DNA of 64,000 nt from Stegostoma tigrinum (lineage: Eukaryota): assembly GCF_030684315.1 (NCBI RefSeq), contig NC_081374.1, positions 38,972,630 to 39,036,629 on the forward strand, given 5' to 3'. Under the pieces are notes generated by a model that searched no databases, was not told where the DNA came from, and was given only the letters and a program-made list of their open reading frames with translations. The position numbers and the translations under genes are program-made. Of this stretch, positions 50,038-63,101 are shown piece by piece. Within the stretch, counting starts at the first letter, position 1, and each line of letters starts with the position of its first letter.

Positions 50038-53000
50038 AAAAGAAATCTAATATCCTACATGCAGCTGCAGTGAAAAAAAGCTCCAACAAGTAAATTCTGT
50101 TAGAAGTGCACCTGAAGTGATTTGTGGACTGTTCAAATTGAGTGTTGTTAAGTGTTTTTAAAAAAATAGATGGGAAGAGGAATGGTGCCTTGGCCATCAT
50201 CACATAAATATATGTCTGAAATATGTTTCTGCTTATTATTGTTATTCATTCATGGAATGTCAACATTACTGTTAGCTTGTTCGGGGACAGATAAGACACA
50301 ACCAAACTGTCAGTCTGAAACTGTGTATAGGTCAGTCCACTTAAAACTGGATTGTTTTTCCTGAAGGACATTAGTAAATAAGATGGAGTTTCACAACTTT
50401 ATGGTTGTTTTAAGAAGACCATTACTGAGGACAGCTTTTCATTTCCAGATTTATAACAGGAAATGAATTTAAGTACCCCTAACTGCCAAGATAGGATTCA
50501 AACATATCTTCAGATCACCAGTCCAAACTTTGAATTACTGTGCGACTGTAACCAATGACTTGAGTATTTGTTTAAGGAAAACACATTTGTTTCAAAATAA
50601 AAACCCAAAAATTAGCATGCAGAAGTTTCCAATGCTCTGCATTTGCTGCTATTCAAACAATAATTGTATACTTTTCTTTATTATAGAATATGGGTGCTGT
50701 ATGCCAATCACTTCAGTAGCCCAACAGGATGCAGTGGGACATCTGGGAAGAAGCAAAAGTCATTTATTGTATTTCACTTGGACTGAACCGAAACGATTTT
50801 CTTTAACATCTCATACAATGTAACTTAAGATTGTTGCCTCCAATTTTAGTTCATTGCAAGTAGTCCCTGTACCGTAGGAAAAATGTTTTAGATGTGCTGA
50901 TGCACTGTTAGTTCAATATAGGTCTGCCTCAAGTCTGTATGTATGTTCAAGTAGGTTAGAATTTGGTAATAAAATATTATTTCACATATTGAGCATCAAT
51001 CATGTAGCAGATATTACAGCTGCCAATATATACAGCTGCCATTCAATATTTAAAATATGTTAGTCATCATTGACACTGTGTTTTACAATAAAATATTGAC
51101 TGTCTACCTTTGTGCTTCTCAATTCTTTCATAATATGGCGAAGTCATCTATTCCCTAGATATCAACTGACACTGTCTTTAAATGATTCTTCTCCAGGAAT
51201 AAAACAATGTGTTCATTAGGGAGTAATACACATGAGATTGAGGACAGAGCTCTAAGAGATTCCTGCAAGGATTTCGTTTTCATCCTAAACATAACTTAAA
51301 CTCATGAATTTCAAACCTTTCTCAAAAAAGTTCAATCAATGTTATTTAATGATCAGAGTGGAATTCCTGTCAATAAAGAGCAATTACAGTTTTAAAAAGC
51401 ACATCAGACAGCAATAACTACTCTTCAATTGACCAATACACTTATGACACCAAATGTGGGGTTTAATGATTCCTCACTATTGAAATGGTTACTTTTCTCT
51501 ATATGTTGTTATATGTAACATGGATTTTTGTTTAGACAGGGGCTACCTTCCAAAATGTTGTAATACATTGTTGCTGTGCACCAAGTCTGAAGTTCATTGT
51601 GTGGTCTGTGTTGATTTTACCAGTGTTCTGCAGGGAAAACAGCTGACAAATTCTTACTGGTATGCACTCTTGTACTGGCAGGGAGGGGTGTAAAATGGGG
51701 TCAAATTTTCCAAAATTCACGCTCATTTGTCGAGTCTCCAAATTCTGGAATCATCTTCTTTCGTTTCTCCATCTCTCTGATTTGCTTTACGTTCTTCTTT
51801 AAAACCCAAATTTTTACCTGAGTTTTAGGTCATCTGCTCTAATATTTCCTTAAAGTTCACTATCAAATATTCTCAAGGAATACCTTGGGATAATTTACTG
51901 TGTTAAATGTGCTTTTATAAATACAAGTTGTTGTGCAATAAGTTAGAGATGATTGAACTAAACTTAGCCCTAATGATAAGGGCAAATTACTTCAGATGTC
52001 AGAAATCTGAACGACAAACAGAAATTCTGTTGCAACTGTAGAAGGAGAATGAGTTAACATTTCAGAGCCAATATCCTTCCAATTTGCAGTATTTTGTTTT
52101 GAACCAGTTAATAGAGCAATATTGAAAAACAGATTGTTACTTTTAGGATGATATTTTTCAATGGGTAATGCAACAGAGTTACCGAGTTGTTTGATGCCTC
52201 TAGTAAGAAACAGAATGAACAGCAAAAGTGGTAATGCAAAGCATCAGATGGTTAACACATGGTCAAACTACACACAAAGATTATGGTAAAGAGGACCAAG
52301 ACAGGATTTTGAGATATCCAAGGTCTTTATTTTCATTAAAACTGGGAAACTCACCATTGCATTGAGAAGAATGATTAGCTAAAGCTTAGAAAAGCAAAGT
52401 TAGATAGAATGATCTTGTTTACTCTAAATACATAGAATGTATGAATGACTGGAATGAGCCTTAAGAAATCATCAAAACTATTTAACGTAGAATCGTAAAA
52501 CAGGGACAGGCATTTAGTATGAAATCAATTCAGAATGACAGGCAATGAACTTTGCATCCTGTGCTGGGTCATCCAAACAGAAACCAAACAAAACATTTTA
52601 CTTTATCTCCTTGTCGTATCAAGTAATGGTAACACGCAGTTATACTTTGCTTGTGGGTGATAGCTTCCATATTACAGCCTACACAGGTCATCAAAATAAA
52701 GAAAAAATTTAAATGCTCATATTTTGTGTAACTAAGTTTAATAAAATGGTTGGACACTTTGAAATAAGGGGATGGGTAATGCTTCACCTAAAGTCAGTGA
52801 GTTAACTGAGTATACTTGCTTCACCCAGGAGAACGTATTTATAAGTTTATGGTTTCTCTGTGACATATTCCGACCCTATTGAAGTGGTATAATATCTATA
52901 GGATACCAGGAGCAAGCGCGACTGCACCAGCCTAAATTGGGTTATAAATGGAATATCATAAAATTTTTAAGAAGCATTGGTAGCTTACGAAGTGGATCAG

Positions 53001-56000
53001 ATGTTATAAAGATACTGTACTGAACTAACAGAACTTGGTGTTCCTATGCATAAAGGATCAGTAGATAGAAGCATTATGCCACAATTATACATGGGCATAC
53101 TTTGGAATGTGCTTGATGTTCCTGACATTACTGCATAAGAGCTTAAATGGGAGATGCTGAGAAATCAGATTCTTCTAATTATTATTAACCTTTCCAGAAT
53201 GGACCCATGCGCAGCTTACGTGAGATGCACAAGTATGTGCATTTACAAGCATGGAACTGAAGCAGAAAGGAGTGTATACATGATATAGAAAGGTGCAGGA
53301 TTTGCCACCTGCTTTCTTAGTAAGCAGACAAAACTCAACTCAAAATTACCATTTCACTGCTTATTTAACATTATTTGCAACAGACGTCACAGAACCGAAA
53401 CAGCAGAAATAACAAATGATAGCGTGCTCAAATGAATTTACTTTACAACCTTCACAAAGGAGAAAATGGAAATCCCAGATTCTAAACCTAGCAATCTAGA
53501 GGCAGAATAATCAAATTTGCAATATCATTTATTTAGGTAATATTTGTCTCCCACTAGCCCAATTATTAAAACTTATATCAGTAAAGTTACATCTTCAAGA
53601 CTCCAGGTCGACACAGTGTTGGATAGTTGTCATTCCTGTATCCTAGAGTAATCTTGATGCAGATTGCTCCAGAGCTAATCGGGAAATTGGGAAGTATTGA
53701 GTTGTAAAGGCAAGAAAAACTTAGTCTATCATTTTCTTCCAAAATTTGCGGAGTTCTTCTATATTTTCCTCTCTTGAAGAATCGTTCCAACTGGGCTTCG
53801 ATATCCAGTTCTTGCGCATTGATTCAACATTTCCAAGGTAGGACTGTAATTCCTTGCAACAACATTCCCCTTTACCATTTTCAACAGAAAATGCACTGTA
53901 TCTTCAAAAATACATCTTATTATAATGCAGTACACACAATCATTTACTTAACTAAAATGATTAAAAACAGTGCAACAGTTAAGTGTGTCAGGAGTACACT
54001 AAATTTTCAGCTTTCAATGTGCCCATATTTTCCTTTCACATGAAGCGAATATGGAAAAGCAGGGACAGACTGAAATGAATCTTCTCGTTGTTCTATGTCA
54101 GCAACAGCTCACCATTTTTCAAATTTGCTCCAGCTGAGCAAACCAGCAGATCATTTCAGGATAGGAACAGGTTTGCTGTTACCCCGCCGCCGCAGTCAAA
54201 AATTTGACAAGACTTGCAGTTTTAAGGCGGCTTCAGGAATAGTACAAATTTATGTGTGTTTCATGAGCATGTTTTGTACATGTCAATTTCTAAATACTAT
54301 AGAAACTTGTGGAGGACCAATGTCTTCAGTGATCGCAAATGCAAAAGACGTTTGTGTTAATAGTAGCTTTTGAAAAGGATTAAAATTCACAAACAGATTC
54401 CCAAATAAACTGATAAATTGATAGCACTTCAGCTAAGAAGGATTAGTTCAGCTACACTACAGAAGATCATGTCCAGATAAATGTAATGCAGCACCACCAG
54501 AACTAGAATGACACACCAGTGAAGGGTTATGCATATGCAGCATTGTAGAAAACATCACAAACTAAGCTTATAAATAAACAATTTAGAAATCATGGGCCAT
54601 CTTCCAATTTAAAATCAGCACAGCAAAAATATATGATGCTAATCTGCTGCAAAACTACTTTAAATGATTATACAGTTTTCATTTACACTTCTAATCCATT
54701 CTTTTGTTTACTCACTCATCCTAATGTCCCTTTAGCTTGTCACTCTTATTCTCCATCCTAGAACATATGTTCCTCTTAGTATTTGCTTGCCTACCTGACT
54801 CTGAATTTGTATGGACTGTTAAATCTGCGACAGTTTTTTCAATTCAGTTGACCAGTCATGACCTGAAACATTAACACTCATTTCTTCTCTCCACAGGTAC
54901 TGCCGGACCTGCTGAAAACTTTCATCCTTTTCTGCTTTCCAGTTCACAATTACACTCCTGGCAGTTCCTGATGAGTGGATTCCTCATAAGTTACATTCAT
55001 TATAATCCTGTAGGATTCTGAACCACAGCCTAATACTGTGCTGCTGCCAGGTTTTGCAGATTAGTTTTATGTAGTTTGAACTGATGGTATAGACAGTGCT
55101 GCTCTGGAAGGTTAAAGGAGTCAATTATGCACTGTAAGACTCAAGTCATCTAGGGCTTATTACAAACATTATCAGTTTACTGAGGAGTAGCTGGCATCAT
55201 TTTCAAGCCAGCAACATAATGTCAACAATGTTTTAAATGGAAATTGGAGCCCATGGGATTAAAAGGGACATTGGTTTCTGGACATGAAATCGCAAAGAGA
55301 CTGCAATTATGAACAGCTGTTTTCCAGACTGAAGGAACTATTCAGTGGCATCTAAAGGCTCTTGTGATATAGTGATAGTATTCCCTACCTCTAAACCAGG
55401 GAGACCTTGATTTCAGCCCTACCTATTGCAGACATGTGTAATAACAGATGTTATATTTCTGAACAGGTAGATCGGGAAGCTATGTGCAGCGGTGCCTCCC
55501 AGTGCTCAGCTCTGGGACCACTGTTCTTTTGCAGCTAATGTGAAAAATGAATGTAGCAAACAGTGGGAATGCCTAAAGATAGGGAGAACATGGTGAAATA
55601 GCACAGACATACAGTAGGTGAGAGTTAAAGCCTGATTCATTTATTTTTAAATCGGAAAAAAAAACACGAGTGGGAACACAAACTAAATGATACATTTGTA
55701 AAGTGGGTGCAGAAACAGAGGCGCAAGGGAAGATTTGTTTTAAGCTCTTGCTGGGACCAGGCACTAGCACTTAAACGCTTTCCAGGTTCCATCTCAGTCC
55801 TGGATCATTTGTCCCAGAGGTGGATTGAGGTTACAGCAGGGTCATTGGCCCGTATACTACAGGTAGCTAATTAAACTTGTAATACAGCACAAGAAGGGGA
55901 TGACCCATCCTGCTATCAATCTTGCCCCATAAACTTTACAGGAGACATTTTGACTTGCATGAGACAAAGAAGGGTCAAAAGGGAGATTAAGTTGACCAGC

Positions 56001-57212
56001 CATTAGTGGTAGTACAGGTAAAGGAAAGGCAGTGTCTTGATTTGAGTGAGTAGCACATGGTTTTAAATATGATACCCAAAATGTGAATGCTGGAGGGTTC
56101 TGGCAACACCTCTTCTGACTACAGGACCAGTTGAGAGTGGACTGTGGAAGCAGGATGTACAGTCAGTGAGACAAGCAGTGGTAAACTGCACAAGAAAAGT
56201 CACCAAAGGCTTAAGTACTGAATCTCCTCAAAACTGATATCTAACCCTTTGTGTCAAAGCATTTTAGGCAGGTATGCACATCGGAGAAGGTCAAATTTTC
56301 TTACAATCTAGTTTGACAAGATGAAAGTAGAGCATGCAAAGGAGAACTGGGGAGGTGATTTTGTGTATTGGTAGATAAACACATCAGATTTTAATTGTAT
56401 TTCCTCTGCATTGCAATTAATACAAGTTCTCCCTAGTGTGTGGACCACTGCCTAGGTTCCATGTTGAACTCCATTAAAGCAATGATTAATACCCAAGTTG
56501 AAAATACCTAAACCGATCCTTACGATAGGTCTCCTTAACAGCAACATTGCTCGGTGCGTAGCTAGAGTGCAATTATATTGACAAGATTTAACTGGGTATT
56601 TTTAAGATGAACAATTTCTCCGCAGGTACAAGTGCCAGATCTTTTGGGACATCCTGTTTGGTACATTAATGTTAAAATTGTTCTCTGGTTTATTACATTC
56701 ATCTTATTACTGAGAAAATTTGTAAAGCAGGCATGTGTCTACACTTTAGCAGAACTTGCATCAAAGGCCACGCAGTTATTACAAATGAAGGTAGAAAACG
56801 TAATAGGCTTGGGCCTGCAACTCAAACTTCTCCCTGTGGAAGTAATAGACATAGGCCTACCACATTCTACGGCATTAGACACCATTGATACTTCCACAAT
56901 CTCGGACCGTATGCAATCCGTGTTAGCTGGAGTCATCAACATCTAATGCACTTCCCATCTCTGATGTTACAAGATGCTAGTTTCCAGGTAGTGCACTGTG
57001 GACTGTGCACTGCACCAATGTTAAGGACAGCAGTGGTCAAAAAGATTTTACCCAGCTTTTAAACTAAGCTCAAGCAGGGCAAAACAGAAAAAAAAAAGGA
57101 CTACTTTTGTGGAAAATAGCATTAATGTCAATGCTTAAGGTACAAATCAATGTTGAACAGTGGCAATGCCACTGGCCTAATAACAAAACCAAGCTAATGC
57201 TCTGGGCATAAA

Positions 57213-57388
57213 GATAACACAGCATGGAACTGGAGGAACACAGCAGGCTGGGCAGCATCAGAGGAGCAGGCAAGTTGACATTTTGGGGTCTTCAAAAAGA
57301 GTCCTGGCCCAAAACTTCATTTTTCTTGCTCCTCTGCTGCTACCTAGCCTGCTGCTGTGTTCCTTCAGCGCCACACTGTGTTATCTCT
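57213..57388. mobile_element. Penelope-derived fold-back element
   Basis: Inverted arms, with CTCTGGGCA repeated on both sides. Confidence 0.75.
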
Positions 57389-57985
57389 GGACTCTGGGCA
57401 CATGGATTCAAATCTCTCAACTGGTTGTTAGTGAAATTTAAAAATTTAATTGATAATTCTGAAATATGAAACAAATCTGTAATGATGCCCCTGAAATCTT
57501 ATCAATAGTGTAAAAACTTCACCCATTGCCTTCAAGGACCACTACACTACCATTCCTGTGGCCCCCCCCCCCCACCTGTGAAATCCTCCCAGCCATCATT
57601 TATTACTACTTGTGGATTTGGTCATTACACAATCTTGAGTCTCTCAAAAACAAAAGGCACTCCAACAGCTCCCGCCACATATCCAAGGGAAGCCTGGAAG
57701 CTCTCAGCAGGGTCCTGATTCTGGAGAAGGTCCAGTAGTTTCTCAAATGCCCAGTGGGTTCAGCAGGTCTTTTCCAGAGGAAGTAATCTTTCTGACATGC
57801 TGCCTAGCAGGTGAGAACAATCCTGAGAATATTTTTTAAACCAAACATTAAACAATCACTCACAAGTAAATTCACCTACATAAGTTATTTTTGCCAAATC
57901 TGAGGCTACTTGAAATCCAAAGTAGTTAACGCACTAAGAATTCAAATACCCATCTTCACATTCTATTTACTATTAATGTATGCTG

Positions 57986-58121
57986 TCATTTGGCATAGGT
58001 GGAACATTTAGCAGGTGTTTCCAAAGAGTAGACATTGACGATGATATCAGTGTTCTTAAAAACCTCTTGAATTATTTCAGAAACTCTCTCCCACTTCAGC
58101 TGGTCCAGTCCACATCCAATC
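57986..58121 (-). CDS. OARD1: OARD1 (TARG1/C6orf130) last coding exon
   Basis: TTTGCTCTCCAG acceptor, phase 2; (R)[44 protein letters not shown] (human [22 protein letters not shown]). Confidence 0.93.
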
Positions 58122-59824
58122 CTGGAGAGCAAACAAAACTGATTTTAGCCCAGAGTTAGTGGTGATGCAGAATATGAAGACTGCAAAATCCTAAAGCCCA
58201 GAATATTTTAGCAGTTTAACACCCAAATATATACAAGATAGTAAACTGTAGAACCTCTTCCACCACTGAGGATGATCGTGGCTGATGTTACTTCAATTCT
58301 CCAGTTACCCACTTGCTGTCATATCCCTTAATTCGCTGAAACAAAGTCCTTAGTTTTAATTTATTCAGCAATGGAGCATTCACAATTTTCAGATAGGATA
58401 ATGTTTTGGAAGTCACCCAAGTGAAAAAGTTTCTCACTCTTGCACATCTGTGCAAACTCCACAATCTCCCAGTGTCTGCATGAATTTCCTCTCAGTGTTC
58501 TAGTTTCCTCCCACAGTCCAAAGATCTGCAGGTGAGGTGGAGTGGACATGATAGATAGATTGGACACGGTGAAATCAATGCTGAAGATAAAGCACAGGCC
58601 TCCCAACAGCCTGTGGGAGATAGAGGGAAGAATATATAGACAGATTTTAGGAAAGAAGTGAAAACTGCAGGTTGTTGCGGTGAGTGATTTTAACTTTCCC
58701 TATATTGACTCGGATTCACTACATGCAAGGGACTCGGATGGGGCAGAGTTTGTAAGAACCATTTCGGAGGGATTCTTGATTCTTACATGTAAAACACTCC
58801 AAACAGGGAAGAGGTAAAATTGGGATAGCAAGAACTGCAGATGCTGGAATCAGAGACGACAAAAAGTGTGGAGCTGGAGGAACCGAGCAGGCCAGACAGC
58901 ATCAGGGGAACGGGAAAGCTGATGCTTCGGGTTGGGGCCCTTCTTCATATACATGAACAGGAAGGGAACAGAAGGATACAGACCTGGAAGTGAAAACAGT
59001 TTTAGTATGGAAGGGGAAAACGTAGTGGCATAGGCTTAGAGGGCCAAAGGACCTGGTCCTGTGTTGGATTGTTCTTTGTTCTGAATTGCCTGCAGTGTCT
59101 AGGTGTGTGCAGGCTCGGTGGATTAGCCATGGGAAATGTAGGTTACAGGGGCAGGGTAGGGGAGGTGGGATGCTCTTTGGAGGGTCAGCGTGGACTTGAT
59201 CCACACTGCAGGGATTCTATGATTTAGGATTTTAAAAAAAAGTATATTCACTATGGAGACCACTTAAAGCTGCAATGTTGGCTATTAACTGGAGGAGATC
59301 TGCTGGGCTTTGGGTTACCTTCAATTTCTCGTATTTAAATGGTACCTTCCATTGCAGGGAGAAAAAAAATTCTGCAATTTCTTTATTTTCATGATAATAC
59401 CTTCTGTCTGTTTCTAAGGGACCAATTCTCCTCCTTTGCATTTCCTTGCAATTTTTCATATTCCCGGTTAAATCACATGCACATTTTTTAAACCTCTTTT
59501 CCAGCATTTTGACAGCTCTTTACTGCTTTTCAAAACTTTTAGGTCAACAAGCTGACGACGATTTTCTAAAACTCCCTTTCAATCGAATACAATATTTACA
59601 TTCCTTATTAAGCCATTTTAAATCTTTGGTCCCGAATTTTTTTTCTCAATTATGTTTCTTTTTGTACATTTTGAATAATTTCTTTCAACATTTTGTTATT
59701 GCTCACTTGAGTGCTGAAAAAAAAAATCAAGTCATACTATTCCCAGAGTTGTGACAAAAAAGGTTTTGAAAAGTACACAAAATTCTGCAATTTGTCTTAT
59801 ATAACCAGGTTAACAAAGCATGGA

Positions 59825-59931
59825 TAATAAAATGTGAGGCTGGATGAACACAGCAGGCCCAGCAGCATCTCAGGAGCACAAAAGCTGACATTTCGGGCCT
59901 AGACCCTTCATCAGAGAGTTCCCATTATCAC
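59825..59931 (-). mobile_element. Single-arm Penelope-derived element with a 14-bp TSD
   Basis: TAACAAAGCATGGA at 59811-59824 and 59932-59945. A hammerhead-like core lies on - at about 59914-59887. Confidence 0.8.
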
Positions 59932-60794
59932 TAACAAAGCATGGAACCAGTTTCAGTATTTAAGAACACAGTACTAAACTGATGGAATGGAGAAAATAAA
60001 AATACATGGATGTTACAGGTAGAGGGAAAGATGGAGAATTTTCCAGGGATCTCTCCCCATTGTGTTTACTGAGATGTTTCTTGGGCTGATCATAATCCTG
60101 CTTCTTGATCTTCCTTCTCTGGACACTTTCACTTGTTTGTAGAAAGCATAAGGTCACTGGTTCACACTTAAGTCCAACATTTTTCAAATTATGTTTTACT
60201 TCAACTGAAGGAGAAAGAAACTAGTTTTGTTCAGGCTTGTGTTTTTTTTTTGTTAATTGCAGAGAATGGAGAAAATTCTTTGGCTAGCAGAGATTTAATG
60301 GGTTTTCAATCCTGAGAGACTATCACAATTGGTCGGCAGACAGAAGGCCTTGTCATTGGTAAATGATCACTAGTCCACAGACCAGATACTTGTCAGTTGA
60401 ATACAGATTTGTGCACAACCCTTAGCTCTTGCTCATCTACAGACTGTTTAGTACTGCTTGAACTAGCAGCTGTGTAAACAATGAGTGTCAGGCTACCCTG
60501 TTTCCAAATCACTACAGCAATCCCTCAGGGTTTTATTTGAAAAAATATTTTCCTGTTTCAGTCTACAACTCATAATAGAAAAATAATGTAGATTTTACAA
60601 CTTGTTTGTTAACAGTCACACTTTTAAGATCATACGATAAAGGGCTGAATGGCCTAATTCTGCTTGAGCCTATTCCACCATTTGATCAGGGCTGATCTCA
60701 AACCCATTCTCTTGCCTTTTCTCTGTAAAGGGTGATCTATTTCTTCAGTTCAGCCAACCTTCTCTTGTTTAAACAAAGCCAATTGTGTGCCTAA

Positions 60795-61395
60795 GAACAA
60801 TTCAGCAACAGAACAGGCTGTTTGGCCCTCCAAGCCTATGCCACTACATTTTGTCCATCCATACTAAAGCTGTCTTCACTTACAACATCTGTATTCTTTT
60901 ATTCCCTTCCTGTTCATGTATTTGTCCAGTTGCTTTTTGAATGCTACTATGGTGTCTGTTGCCACCACCCTCTCTGGCAATACATTCCGAGCACTCACCA
61001 CATTGAAAAACTTCCCTCGCAGATCTCTTTCAAACGTTTCTCCCCGGCCCTTGCACCATGAACACGTGTCCTCAAGTAACTGACACCTCCACCCCGGGAA
61101 AAAGCCTCATGCTTTCCAAACCATTCGCAATCTTTTAAACTTCTATTAGGATATCCCTTTCTCTCCTGAATTCCAGTGCAAACAAATCTAGTCTATCCAA
61201 CCTTTCTTCATAGTTAAAATCCCCCATACCAGGCAACATCCTGGTAAACCTTGTCTGTACCCTTTCCAAAGCATCCACGTCATTCTGGTAGTGTGGTAAC
61301 CAGAACTGTAGTGTTATTCCAAATGTAGTCTAACTAAAATTGTACAAAGCTGCAGCAAAACTTCCACATCCTTATACTCAATTTCTCTTCCAAAA
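60795..61395 (-). mobile_element. CR1 3' fragment in an OARD1 intron
   Basis: The reverse complement reads CAGTTCTGGTTACCACACTACCAGAATGACGTGGATGCTTTGGAAAGGGTACAG and ends in a CR1 tail. Confidence 0.8.
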
Positions 61396-62516
61396 GACTC
61401 TTGTTTTAGACTGAAACGAGTCACTTTCAAATTTAATTTAGAATTCAGCTGTTTTACGGGCACTTCTCCCTACCATCTCCCCTTGAGGATCCATTACTTT
61501 GAGGTTCATTGGTTCCACAATTGTTATTTGTTTCAAAATAATGCTCCAGATACCCTTTAAAATTGTGCAATTGACAAGATTGAAGTCCCTTATAATTATT
61601 ACATTACTTTTATTACAAGCTCCAAACATTCCTTGTTTTGTCCTCTGTCAAAGGCCGTTGGAGTGAAGAGGAGAGGGAACTATAAATTACCCTACCTCCA
61701 TCTGAGCTTGATAAATTAGACACTGGGATTAACTGATTTCATGACATGATCTGAGACAAGATCTTTTCTGCAACTGTTCTCCCACCCCTCATCCTCTAGC
61801 ATTCTGCTTATGTTTGAAATGCTTGTATCGCACAATATTCATATACAATATTAATCCCTTTGCAAATCATATCTCTGAAGTGGTGATTAGATTCAAACTA
61901 TTTCTGTCTGTCTATTTGTGCCACTAGTTTATACATTTTAAGAATGCTTTACACAGATCAAGGGGATTTTTTTTTTAAACAAAGCTACTTGTTGCATTGA
62001 CCTTATTAATTGACAAACTGCGTCCTTTGTCTCAACTTTTACCTTCAGATTTCTAAAATTGCAAATTACCTGACCTGGCCTCACTCCGTTTCAAACTCTC
62101 TCCTGCAATCAGCATAATTTGCCACTACATGCAGCAATTATATTAATGGCTAACTTATTTGCATGATGTGATCAGGCCAATCTTGAGAGTGTTAGACATT
62201 AAATACAACAACAATCTAACAGAACTTCCCTTCAGCCGTATGATTAGACGTTGTTGTCATCTACAACATCATATCTTTATACAAAGTTACTAAGATCATA
62301 GAATCCCTGTAGTATGGAAGCAGGCCATTAGGCCCATCGAATCCACACCAACCCTCCATACACAAAACCCACCTCCCTAATGTATCCCTGAAACCTTGCA
62401 TTTCCCATGGCACATCCACCTAACTTACGCACATCTTTGGTCTGTGGGAGGAACACATGAACACACAATTATGATAAAATAAATGTGCTTGATGAAAGCA
62501 AAACTTTAAATCTTAC

Positions 62517-62629
62517 CTGGGCATCGAGATCCGTGAGATTCCATTTACCAGGCAATGTGTCTTCATGGCCTCCAAGCTGCTCTGCAGATCATCATAAGTT
62601 GGCTTTTGATAGGCCTTCTTTTTTGTAAT
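62517..62629 (-). CDS. OARD1: OARD1 internal coding exon (113 nt)
   Basis: TATTTACAG acceptor; [38 protein letters not shown]; AG|GTAAGA donor. It includes the Lys equivalent to catalytic human K84. Confidence 0.95.
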
Positions 62630-63042
62630 CTGTAAATACAAAACCACTTAATATCCAACCAAGCATTCAAAATCTCAGTCATCCTTGTAATTCTGACATG
62701 CTGTGAGCTATGCAATGATGGCATTATTAAATATTTGGTTTAAAAAGACAGAAGTATTGAGACTAATTGACTAAATGGGAAATGCACAAGAGCATAAATG
62801 TCAAAGGCTGGAAATTTCATTAAAAAAGGTAAAAAAAAATCTTTTGGCATTCTCAACATTAGAAATCAAAAACAGAAATAAAGGTAAATAAAAGTGATGG
62901 GACTATACAATGTTTTGTATGGACAAATGTCAGACAGCTGTGCCCAAAACACATTTAAAGGCTTTATATACGTGGCACATGCTGTGAATTTTACATTCAA
63001 ACGATCAAGTCTGGCAGTCAAATCATTAAAATAGTTCATTAC

Positions 63043-63101
63043 CAAATAGTAGACGTATCTGTCTTTTGTCTTCAACACTGCCACATCCCCAACTTTCTTT
63101 T
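63043..63101 (-). CDS. OARD1: OARD1 internal coding exon (59 nt); upstream exons lie beyond the window
   Basis: TTCTTCACAG acceptor; KKVGDVAVLKTKDRYVYYL (human KKSGEVAVLKRDGRYIYYL); TTG|GTAATG donor, phase 0 into the next exon. Confidence 0.92.

Noticed and set aside
56632-56946. 104-aa plus-strand ORF as a coding exon
   Set aside because: The peptide is unrecognised and no upstream coding donor is available because the APOBEC2 CDS has already ended. It is kept only as a candidate UTR acceptor.
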